DNA from: an uncultured Chthoniobacterales bacterium
Lineage (GTDB): Bacteria > Verrucomicrobiota > Verrucomicrobiia > Chthoniobacterales > SZAS-18
Length of the DNA: 63,316 bases
Assembly (NCBI GenBank): GCA_964249195.1
Contig: CAXUAZ010000001.1
Coordinates: forward strand, 1 to 63,316
Direction: 5' to 3'
Part shown: in pieces, positions 21,801 to 30,297 of the stretch
Position numbering within the stretch: the first letter of the stretch is position 1
Layout: each line of letters opens with the position of its first letter
Program-made: the position numbers and the translations under genes
Notes under the pieces: model-generated
The model's database searches: none
Seen by the model: the letters and a program-made list of their open reading frames with translations, nothing else
Told to the model about the DNA's origin: nothing

Positions 21801-23141
21801 CAGCGGCAGGGCGTCATCCCAATGCTCCACGCCCAACTCCGCGCCAGGATGGATATGCCGGTAGATCCAGCGCGAAGCGAGGACGCGCGTGTGCTGCGGC
21901 CGATAAACGCCCAGGAAGGCGATGCCCCACGCGAGGGTCGCGATGGCCACTAAGGCCGCCGGCGTCCAGCGCCACCGGGAGTGGGGGAGGCCGTCCGCGA
22001 TCTGCACGAGCAGCGCCGCGCCGAAGATGATCAGCGGCGCGTAAATCGGGAGGAAATATCGCATCGTCATCTGCCATTGCGTTCCCTGGTGCAGGAACAG
22101 GAGGGCGATCCAGGCGAAGAGCGGCAACAACGCGATCTCCCGCGCGCGGACGAGCCGCCAGCCGGCCCACGCCGTGCCGGCCCAGGCGCAGAGCCCGAGC
22201 GGCACGCCCATGCCCCAGACGACCATGTTCTTCCAGGGATAAAGCAACGGGGTGCGGCCCACCCATTGCCGGGTAAAAGGAACGTCGATCGTTCCCATGC
22301 TCACGCCGACGACGTACCGCATGTTCGTCATCCATCGCGGGGCAAACGCACCCAAACCACTGAATGCATCCGGCTCGACCAGCCGGAAGACCGCGGCCAT
22401 CGCGAGCGCAAAGGCGGCCCAACGCGCAAAGACTTGCAGCGGAGAGGCCAGTTTCCATCCGCGCACGCCCGGCGCCGCGAACAGGGCAGTCAACGCGACC
22501 GGCGCCGCCAGTTCCGCGACCGAGATTTTGCACGCCACGCCGAGCCCCAGGGCGGCGCCGACCCCGGCATATTCCCACGCGCGGCCGCGCCATTGGGCGC
22601 CTTGCAGGAGCCAAAGCGCGAGCGCCACGAAGAAGTTGGCGTAGGGATCCACCACGAAGAAGTGCGCGTGCTGGATGGGCGACACGCAGCCGGCGTAAAG
22701 CAAGGCCGCGAGCAGCCCGCAACGTTCATCCGGGTCTCGGCCCCGGAGCCGGCGGGCGATCAGGTAAACGAGCCAGACGACCGCGCCATCGATCAGCGCG
22801 CTCATCCCGCGGCCCACCAGCGTCTGCTGTTCAAACCGTTTTACGCCGGCAAACGTGCAGACGGCGGTCAGGCCCGTGGTGGGCAGCGTGCCGTACGCAA
22901 AATAGGAAGTCTCGCGGTTGCGGGGATTGAGCGGGGAATGGGCCTCGTCGAGGAATTCACCGAGCGACTTTGGCCACGACAGCTTGTTCGCGGCCATGAG
23001 CACGTTGCGCTCGTCGGGATGGCTAGACGTGCCTTGATCCCAATCGATCGCGTAGAAACGCAGGACGCCGGCGAGCAAGAGAATGAGCCAAATCCAGCGG
23101 GAAAAGCGCCGTCGGGCAGGGGCGGGAGGCGGCGGGATCAT
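18816..23141 (-). CDS. giant polytopic membrane protein: PMT_2/ArnT-like GT-C glycosyltransferase module fused to a DUF2298 (YYY) module
   Basis: 1441 aa. The N-terminus ([34 protein letters not shown]) is typical of GT39/GT83-like GT-C enzymes. The central part has [37 protein letters not shown] (YYY signature). Its stop is 6 nt from the convergent dprE2-like stop. Confidence 0.7.
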   Translation of the reverse strand: [1441 protein letters not shown]

Positions 23142-23241
23142 CCGGGAAACACTGGATTAGAGCAAAAAGCGGCCCGTGGGAAGAGGAGCAGCCACAAATC
23201 GTCGAAGGTTGATCTTGAGAAAACGAGGCGCCTCCGATAAG

Positions 23242-24138
23242 ATGCCCATCGAGATGATGGGTTTTGATCGAACCGATGATTATCAGCCCTTGACCTACAT
23301 CAAGGGCCGGCCGCTGTACGTGACGACGCTGGCGGTCGCGTTGCACATCGCGGCGTTCATCGTCGGCTGCTTTCTCTACGCCTTGCGGCAGGGGGAGTTG
23401 ATGAGTTCGCTTTTATATTCCAGCGACGCCGTGCTGGACCATTTGCAACTCTGGCGATGTGTGACGTACGCGTTTGTGCACTCGTTGACTCCGGTCGGCG
23501 GCGTTCTGCTCGCGATCGAGCTGTTCATCCTGTTCCAACTCGGGCAGGAGGTGGAGAAATACTTCGGGCGCAAAGTATTCATTGGGCTCTACGTGGGCTT
23601 GTTGCTGACGCCGCCGCTGGTGCTCTCGCTCTTTGGGAAGCTGACCCACCAGCCGATGATCCTCAAGGAGTCGAGTCTGTTGCACTTTGGGATCTTCATT
23701 GCTTTTGTGACGCTGTATCCCAATGTGCAATTCATCTTCGGCATCCTGGCGAAGTGGATCGTCTTCGCCGTGCTGGGAATTTTTACGTTGGTGTACATGG
23801 CGAACCGCCAGCCTGCCGAGCTGCTCGCGCTGTGGAGCACGGCGTCCGTGGCCTATTTCATCACCCGGCAATCGGGAGGAGGCGGGGGGGAGTTCTCGCT
23901 AATCAATAACATTCGTGAAAAATTCCCCCGGCGGCCGGCGCCGGTCGGAGTAAAGCCGCGGATGAAGCCCCGGCGCGCGGCGAATGAAAATGCGGGGGGA
24001 GGCGGCGACGTTTACGAATCCATCGATCCGCTTTTGGACAAGATTAGCCAGCACGGCCTGGCCAGTCTCACGAACAGCGAGCGGGCGACCCTGGAACGGG
24101 CGCGAGTCTCGTTGTTACGCAAGGATCGGAGCAGCTAA
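23242..24138 (+). CDS. rhomboid-family-like membrane protein (catalytic motifs not evident)
   Basis: ORF 23176..24138 with ATG at 23242. LWRCVTYAFVH resembles the rhomboid WR..F.H motif. I could not see a GxSG or a TM6 His. The C-terminal tail is soluble and Gly/Arg-rich. Confidence 0.5.
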   Translation: MPIEMMGFDRTDDYQPLTYIKGRPLYVTTLAVALHIAAFIVGCFLYALRQGELMSSLLYSSDAVLDHLQLWRCVTYAFVHSLTPVGGVLLAIELFILFQLGQEVEKYFGRKVFIGLYVGLLLTPPLVLSLFGKLTHQPMILKESSLLHFGIFIAFVTLYPNVQFIFGILAKWIVFAVLGIFTLVYMANRQPAELLALWSTASVAYFITRQSGGGGGEFSLINNIREKFPRRPAPVGVKPRMKPRRAANENAGGGGDVYESIDPLLDKISQHGLASLTNSERATLERARVSLLRKDRSS

Positions 24139-24146
24139 AGCCAAGG

Positions 24147-24974
24147 GTGACTCCGTTTTCCTCCGATCCGCTCGAGCGGCTCAAGCAGATCGTCGCGCGC
24201 CTCCGGGCGCCGGACGGCTGCCCGTGGGACCGCGAACAGACGCACGCGAGCCTGCGCACCTCGCTCATCGAGGAGACTTACGAGACGGTCGCCGCGATCG
24301 ATGCCGGCGACGACGCCAACCTTTGTGAGGAACTCGGCGACTTGCTCCTCCATGTGACGCTGCATTCGCAGATGGCCGCCGAGCGCGGCGCCTTCGACCT
24401 CGCGGCGGTGGCGGAGGGTGTCTGCGAGAAGATGATCCGCCGGCATCCGCATGTTTTTGGCGACGCGGAGAAAGGCGACAGCGCCGCGATCCTCGCCCAG
24501 TGGGACGAAATCAAGCGGCGCGAGAAAGGCGCCGCGCCGACCGCCTCGCTCATGGACGGACTCCTCTCCAATGCCCCCTCCCTCCTGCGCGCGCAGAAGG
24601 CGCAACAAAAGGCGGCGCGCGGCGGTTTTGACTGGCGGGAAATGGGCGAGGTGATTGCCAAGCTGCGCGAGGAGATCGACGAAGTGGAGGAGGCGATGGC
24701 GCAGCGCGATCCGGCGGCGGTGGCCGATGAGCTGGGCGACGTCTTATTCTCGCTGGTCAACGTCGCGCGCTGGCAGGATTTGGAGGCGGAACTTTTGCTC
24801 GCGCGCGCCACGGATAAGTTCGTGCGCCGCTTCCGGGGCGTGGAGGACGTTCTGCGTGAACAGGGTCGGGCGGTGAAAAGTCTGAGTCTGGAGGAATTAG
24901 ACGCGGTATGGGAGCAGGTGAAGGCGTCGCAGCGAATGAACGCCGGGAACCCTCCCGCGGTCCAATCCATATAA
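24147..24974 (+). CDS. mazG: nucleoside triphosphate pyrophosphohydrolase MazG
   Basis: 275 aa with tandem MazG domains: CPWDREQTHASLRTSLIEETYE, ELGDLLLHV and ELGDVLFSLVNVAR. Confidence 0.9.
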   Translation: MTPFSSDPLERLKQIVARLRAPDGCPWDREQTHASLRTSLIEETYETVAAIDAGDDANLCEELGDLLLHVTLHSQMAAERGAFDLAAVAEGVCEKMIRRHPHVFGDAEKGDSAAILAQWDEIKRREKGAAPTASLMDGLLSNAPSLLRAQKAQQKAARGGFDWREMGEVIAKLREEIDEVEEAMAQRDPAAVADELGDVLFSLVNVARWQDLEAELLLARATDKFVRRFRGVEDVLREQGRAVKSLSLEELDAVWEQVKASQRMNAGNPPAVQSI

Positions 24975-24979
24975 TACCC

Positions 24980-25669
24980 ATGTTTATCCTCATCTTTGTC
25001 GTTACGATGGCCATCTCGCTTTACGCGTCGTTCCGCGTGAAGCACATGATTTCCAAATACAGCAAGATGCCTTCGGCCAGCGGTCTGACCGGGGCGGAGA
25101 CGGCCCTTCACATCTTGCGAGCGTCGGGCATCAACGATGTGACCGTGCAGGCGGGCAATAGTTTCCTGGGCGACCACTTCGATCCCACCACCAAGACACT
25201 GGTGCTCTCGCCGGATGTTTACCAGGGCAGCTCCACGGCAGCCTTGGGCATCGCCGCTCACGAGTGCGGGCACGCGCTGCAACAGCGGGTCGGATACGCG
25301 CCGCTCGAGTTCCGCATGGCGGCGGTGAAGTCGACGTCGTTCGCCAGCCAGATCGTCGGGGTGTTGCCGTTTCTGTTCTTTTTCACGCATAATATGGCCT
25401 TTTTGCGCACGGGCTTCATGATTCTCGCGGCCGCCTGGGGCGTGATCATGTTCTTCAACCTGGTCACGCTGCCGGTCGAGTTCGACGCGTCGCGGCGGGC
25501 GAAGGAGTTGTTGCCTTCCATGGGGATCATTCGCGGGCCGGAGGAGATGCAGGCGGTCAACAAGGTGCTCAACGCGGCGGCGCTGACGTATGTGGCGGCG
25601 TTTATCTCGTCCCTGGGTTACTTCATTTTCTACCTTCTGCCACTGCTGGGCGGCGGGCGCAGTCGATAG
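24980..25669 (+). CDS. membrane zinc metallopeptidase (YugP / Zn_peptidase_2 family)
   Basis: ATG at 24980 within ORF 24908..25669. HECGHALQ zinc motif, TM helices at both ends, and the GDHFDP motif. Confidence 0.8.
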   Translation: MFILIFVVTMAISLYASFRVKHMISKYSKMPSASGLTGAETALHILRASGINDVTVQAGNSFLGDHFDPTTKTLVLSPDVYQGSSTAALGIAAHECGHALQQRVGYAPLEFRMAAVKSTSFASQIVGVLPFLFFFTHNMAFLRTGFMILAAAWGVIMFFNLVTLPVEFDASRRAKELLPSMGIIRGPEEMQAVNKVLNAAALTYVAAFISSLGYFIFYLLPLLGGGRSR

Positions 25670-25747
25670 GGCGGTTGCCGAGCGAGGGGCGCTCGGCTAC
25701 GTTGGCGGCCCCGTGCGGATCGTTTCCGCCGGGGCCTTCCTTTTTTT

Positions 25748-27328
25748 ATGGCCCAGAACAATCCCGCCGCGGACCGCATGGAGAAGATCGTCAGCCTGTG
25801 CAAACGGCGCGGATTCATTTTTCAATCCAGTGAGATTTACGGTGGGTTGAACGGGTGTTGGGACTACGGTCCGTTGGGCGTGGAGCTCAAGCGCAACCTC
25901 AAGGATTTCTGGTGGCGCCGAATGACCCGCGAGCGGGATGACGTCGTCGGTCTCGACGCCGCGATCCTGATGAACCGCAAGGTGTGGCAGGCCAGCGGAC
26001 ACGAAGGGACTTTCAGCGATCCCATGGTGGATTGTCTGCTGACCAAAAAGCGCTTCCGCGCGGATCAGGTCGAGGCGCAGAGCGGGACGGTTTTTCGTTA
26101 TACGGGGGCCGACGCGCCGCCCGGTGATTCCAACCCGTGGGGAGTGCGCAAGCCGTTCGCGGTGCTGCTCAAGAAGGGGGATAACGTGGAGCGCGCGCGG
26201 AAAACGGCCCGGCAGTTTTACGCGCTCGAACTGCCCGCCGCGCTGACAAGCGTTGCAGGCGAACTGCTGTTGCTCGACGAAACCACGGAGCCGGTGGAAA
26301 ATACAACCCGGTTTAATCCGGAGAACGGCAGCCTTCTCACCGAGCCGCGCGCGTTCAACCTGATGTTCAAGACCCAGGTCGGCGCGTCGGAGGACGAGAG
26401 TTCCGTGGCCTACCTGCGACCCGAGACGGCGCAAGGGATCTTCGTAAACTTCAAGAACGTGCTGGACACCGCGCGCAAGAAACTGCCCTTCGGCATTGCG
26501 CAGATCGGGAAGGCGTTTCGCAACGAGATCAATCCGCGCAACTTTATCTTTCGCTCCCGGGAGTTTGAGCAGATGGAGCTGGAATACTTCTGCCGTCCGG
26601 AGCAAGGCATGGAGCTATTGAGTTACTGGCTTGAGGAGCGGCTAAAATTTTATGAGGAGATCGGTCTTTCACGAGAGAAGCTGAAGGTATTGGATGTGCC
26701 CGCGGATGAGCGGGCGCATTATTCCAAGGGAACATACGATATAGAGTACGAATTTCCCTTTGGCGTGCAGGAGCTCGAGGGCGTGGCGTATCGCACCGAT
26801 TACGATCTGACGCAGCACCAGACGCACAGCGGCAAGCCGCTCGATTATTTCGACGAAGAGACGAAAGAACGGTTTATTCCGCATGTGGTGGAACCCAGCG
26901 CCGGCGTCGATCGGACCGTGCTGGCGCTGCTTTGCGCCGCGTATGACGAGGAGACTGTCACCGATGAAAAGGGCAAGAGCGAGACGCGGATCGTCCTGCG
27001 ATTTCACCCGCGCATGGCGCCGGTCAAATGCGGGATTTTCCCGTTGCTCAAGAACAAGCCGGAGCTTGTCGAAAAAGCGCGCGAAGTGGCGGCGCTTCTC
27101 AAGCCGCACATGAACGTCTTCTACGATGAAACAGGCGCCATCGGGCGCCGGTACCGCCGGCAGGATGAAGCGGGCACGCCATTTGGGATCACGGTCGATT
27201 TCGAGACGATGGGTGAACGCGGCGACGAGTGGAAGGACACGGTCACGTTGCGTCACCGCGACTCGATGCAGCAGGAACGGATGCCTATCTCCCAGCTATT
27301 GCCTTATCTGCTTGGCAAGATTGTTTAG
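25748..27328 (+). CDS. glyQS: glycine--tRNA ligase (single-chain alpha2 type)
   Basis: 526 aa with RGFIFQSSEIYGGLNGCWDYGPLGVELKRN, FRNEINPRNFIFRSREFEQMELEYF and PSAGVDR. Confidence 0.95.
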   Translation: MAQNNPAADRMEKIVSLCKRRGFIFQSSEIYGGLNGCWDYGPLGVELKRNLKDFWWRRMTRERDDVVGLDAAILMNRKVWQASGHEGTFSDPMVDCLLTKKRFRADQVEAQSGTVFRYTGADAPPGDSNPWGVRKPFAVLLKKGDNVERARKTARQFYALELPAALTSVAGELLLLDETTEPVENTTRFNPENGSLLTEPRAFNLMFKTQVGASEDESSVAYLRPETAQGIFVNFKNVLDTARKKLPFGIAQIGKAFRNEINPRNFIFRSREFEQMELEYFCRPEQGMELLSYWLEERLKFYEEIGLSREKLKVLDVPADERAHYSKGTYDIEYEFPFGVQELEGVAYRTDYDLTQHQTHSGKPLDYFDEETKERFIPHVVEPSAGVDRTVLALLCAAYDEETVTDEKGKSETRIVLRFHPRMAPVKCGIFPLLKNKPELVEKAREVAALLKPHMNVFYDETGAIGRRYRRQDEAGTPFGITVDFETMGERGDEWKDTVTLRHRDSMQQERMPISQLLPYLLGKIV

Positions 27329-27331
27329 GTT

Positions 27332-27426
27332 CCTCGCGCAAAGGTCGCAAAGCCGCAAAGGAAGAAAAAGGCCAACAGAAAACCTCTTCTTCCCCCCTTT
27401 GGGGGTTTGGCTACCTTTGCGCGAGG
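27332..27426. terminator. nested inverted repeat between the convergent glyQS and pstB
   Basis: A 14-bp perfect outer stem (cctcgcgcaaaggt 27332..27345 / acctttgcgcgagg 27413..27426) encloses a cccccc-ttt-ggggg hairpin (27392..27405) followed by ttt. There are three CGCAAAG direct repeats at 27337..27360. Confidence 0.55.
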
Positions 27427-27440
27427 CAATAGGGGGGAAA

Positions 27441-28301
27441 TCAACCGAAGCGGCCGGTGATGTAGGCTTCGGTTTGCTTCTCCTTGGGATTATTGAAGAG
27501 CGCGCGGGTCGGCGCAAACTCGATCAACTTGCCTAGATAGAAGAATGCCGTTTGATCCGCCACCCGCGTGGCTTGCTGCATCGAATGGGTGACGATGACG
27601 ATGGTGAAATTGCGTTTTAATTCCACCATCAACTCTTCCACCTTTGCCGTGGCAATCGGATCGAGCGCGGAAGTCGGCTCGTCCATTAAGAGCACTTCCG
27701 GCTGCACGGCGATGGCTCGCGCAATGCACAGGCGCTGCTGCTGGCCCCCGGATAGGCTAATGCCCGGCTTCGCGAGGTCCGACTTTACCTCGTCCCAAAG
27801 GGCTGCTTTGCGCAGCGCGTCCTCCATGCGTTCGCGCAGGAAGGAACGATCGCGGATGCCGTTTAGCCGCAGGCCGACCGTGACGTTGTCGCCGATGCTC
27901 ATCGTCGGGAACGGGTTGGACTTTTGGAAGACCATTCCGACCCTCCGGCGGACCACGGTCGGATCGATCTTCGAGCCGTAAAGGTCGTCGCCGTTGAGCA
28001 GGATCGTGCCGGTCATGCGCGCGCCCGGGATCAACTCGTGCATGCGGTTGAGACAGCGCAGGAAGGTCGACTTCCCGCAGCCGCTCGGCCCGATGATCGC
28101 CGTGACCGACTTGGACGGGATTTGCAACGTCGCATCGATCACCGCGTGCTTCGCGCCGTAGAAGATGTTGACCCCTTGAGCGTCCACGGCAGGTTGCGGC
28201 GCGGCGCTAGATGCTTGCGGCGGGTGTTGCGGAGAGTTCACGTGAAAAGAGGCCGCCGGCACCCGGAGGGCAGATTGATCAGAAGTCATGGCGCATTCCA
28301 A
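27441..28301 (-). CDS. pstB: phosphate ABC transporter ATP-binding protein
   Basis: Walker [10 protein letters not shown], signature LSGGQQQR and Walker [12 protein letters not shown]. The C-terminal YITGRFG is typical of PstB. The start is uncertain (alternative ATG at 28289). Confidence 0.93.
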   Translation of the reverse strand: MECAMTSDQSALRVPAASFHVNSPQHPPQASSAAPQPAVDAQGVNIFYGAKHAVIDATLQIPSKSVTAIIGPSGCGKSTFLRCLNRMHELIPGARMTGTILLNGDDLYGSKIDPTVVRRRVGMVFQKSNPFPTMSIGDNVTVGLRLNGIRDRSFLRERMEDALRKAALWDEVKSDLAKPGISLSGGQQQRLCIARAIAVQPEVLLMDEPTSALDPIATAKVEELMVELKRNFTIVIVTHSMQQATRVADQTAFFYLGKLIEFAPTRALFNNPKEKQTEAYITGRFG

Positions 28302-28310
28302 GATGAAAGG

Positions 28311-29324
28311 TCAAGCCCGCGCGGTCGCGGCGCCCCCGGTGACAGCCGTTGTGGCGGCGCCGGCGGCAAGAGCAGGTTTGCCGGGCCGGCCGATGCCGCG
28401 ATCGCGCGTCAGGTAGCGAAGGCCGACGTTGAGCGTTAACACCAGCAGCAAAAGGACGAGCGCCGCCGCCCACGCCTGCCGATTTTCGTCCGGGTAGGGA
28501 GAGATCGCGTAGGTGTAGATCTGCAGCGGCAGCGCGGCCATGGGGTCCTTGAGATTGTGGCTGAACCCGCTGTTGCCCAGGGACGTAAACAGCAAGGGAG
28601 CCGTTTCCCCGGCGACGCGCGCAATCGCCAGGAGGGCGCCGGTGAGAACACCCTTGGACGCCGTCTTGAGAACGATCTGCGTGCTGATCTTCCACTTGGC
28701 GATGCCCAACGCAAGCGCCGCCTCCCGGTAGCCGTTGGGCACAAGCAGAAGCACCTCCTCCGCCGTGCGCAGGACCAGTGGGATCATGATAAAGGCCAGG
28801 GCCAGCGCGCCCGCGATGGCCGAATAATGGCCCAGCGAAAAGGGTGACCCGTGGGGCAGCACGAGGATCGCGTAGGCAACAATTCCCCAGACGATGGACG
28901 GCACGCCGTTGAGCAGATCGGCCGCAAACCGCACGCAGGAAGCGAAGCGCGGCCCGGCGTACTCCGTTAGATAAACCGCGCCCAGGGTTCCCGTGGGCAG
29001 CCCAATGACCGCCGCCATTCCGACCAGCAGGAAGCTGCCCACAATGGCATGGACCACGCCGCCGCCGATTTCGCCATGGGGCACCGGGAGCTGCGTGAAA
29101 AAAGCGAGATTGATCGAACCCGCGCCCTTGATGACAAGGTAGGAAAACACCAGGGCCAGCGGCGCGACGACCAGCGCGGCGCAAACCAGGCAGATGGCTG
29201 CGACCAACCCGCTCTTGAATTTTCGCCAGCGCCTCAATCCTTCGGAAACTTGCCCGATGCGTAAAGGAGAAGACACAGGAATGGAGGCGGCGGCCATGAC
29301 CGTTTTAATGAACCGCGCCGGCAT
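28311..29324 (-). CDS. pstA: phosphate ABC transporter permease PstA
   Basis: Polytopic with the EAALALG permease motif. Position between pstC and pstB. An alternative start at 29297 would avoid the overlap with pstC. Confidence 0.88.
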   Translation of the reverse strand: MPARFIKTVMAAASIPVSSPLRIGQVSEGLRRWRKFKSGLVAAICLVCAALVVAPLALVFSYLVIKGAGSINLAFFTQLPVPHGEIGGGVVHAIVGSFLLVGMAAVIGLPTGTLGAVYLTEYAGPRFASCVRFAADLLNGVPSIVWGIVAYAILVLPHGSPFSLGHYSAIAGALALAFIMIPLVLRTAEEVLLLVPNGYREAALALGIAKWKISTQIVLKTASKGVLTGALLAIARVAGETAPLLFTSLGNSGFSHNLKDPMAALPLQIYTYAISPYPDENRQAWAAALVLLLLVLTLNVGLRYLTRDRGIGRPGKPALAAGAATTAVTGGAATARA

Positions 29325-30288
29325 CCGCCGTGCCGAACTTCAAGAGCAGCCGGGCGCACAGATTGATGATGAGCGTAATGGCAAAAAGCACGAAACCCAC
29401 GGCGATCAAGGCGTCGCGATGCGAGTCGCTCGATGCTTCATTGAACTGACTGGCGATCACGCTGGCGAGCGTGTTGCCGGGAGCAAACAGGGAAGGGGAT
29501 ATCTGGTTCGCATTGCCGATGACCATCGTAATGGCCATGGTCTCCCCCAGCGCCCGGCCCAGCCCGAGGATCGTAGCGCCGAAGATGCCCTTCTTCGCGT
29601 AGGAGAGCACCGCGATGCGCGTTACCTCCCAGCGCGTGGCGCCCAATCCATAAGCGGCCTCGCGTTGCAGATCCGGCACCGAGCGCAGGATCTCGCGCGA
29701 CACGCTCGTGATGATCGGCAGGACCATCACCGCAATGATCAGCGCGCCGGCCAGCACGGAGTAGCCGCCCATCGACACGCCCGAGAAGATCGGGAGATGC
29801 GTGACGGCGAGCGCCGGAAAGATGTAATCGTTCAGGAAAGGCAGCAGGACAAAAATGGCCCACAGGCCCAGGATGACGCTGGGGATGGCCGCCAGCATTT
29901 CGATGAGAAAAATCAGCGGCTGCCGCAGCCAGTTAGGCGCCAACTCGGTGAGAAATACCGCGGTGGCCACCGCCAGCGGCGTTGCGATCAGCAGGCCGAT
30001 CAACGAAGTAACCAGGGTGCCGAAGATGAACGGCAGCGCGCCATACGTCTCGGCGTTCGGGTCCCAGACGCTTTTGGTCAGAAAGCCGGCGCCGACGGTA
30101 TGGAACGTCGACCCGGCCCCTTTCCAGAGTTGATAGCCGACCAGCGCCACCAGCACGATGACGGCGGAAGCCATCGCCAGGCAAATCCCGCTGAAGATTC
30201 GCTCGTTGAACTGACTGACCGGCTTCATCTGGCGAGTCGCCGGCGCGGCGGCGCCGGTCTCGAACGTGGCGGCGGCGGAAGACATCAA
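29305..30288 (-). CDS. pstC: phosphate ABC transporter permease PstC
   Basis: 327 aa, polytopic, with the EAAYGLGATRWE permease motif. Directly downstream of pstS. Confidence 0.9.
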   Translation of the reverse strand: MMSSAAATFETGAAAPATRQMKPVSQFNERIFSGICLAMASAVIVLVALVGYQLWKGAGSTFHTVGAGFLTKSVWDPNAETYGALPFIFGTLVTSLIGLLIATPLAVATAVFLTELAPNWLRQPLIFLIEMLAAIPSVILGLWAIFVLLPFLNDYIFPALAVTHLPIFSGVSMGGYSVLAGALIIAVMVLPIITSVSREILRSVPDLQREAAYGLGATRWEVTRIAVLSYAKKGIFGATILGLGRALGETMAITMVIGNANQISPSLFAPGNTLASVIASQFNEASSDSHRDALIAVGFVLFAITLIINLCARLLLKFGTADAGAVH

Positions 30289-30297
30289 AGTGGGAAG

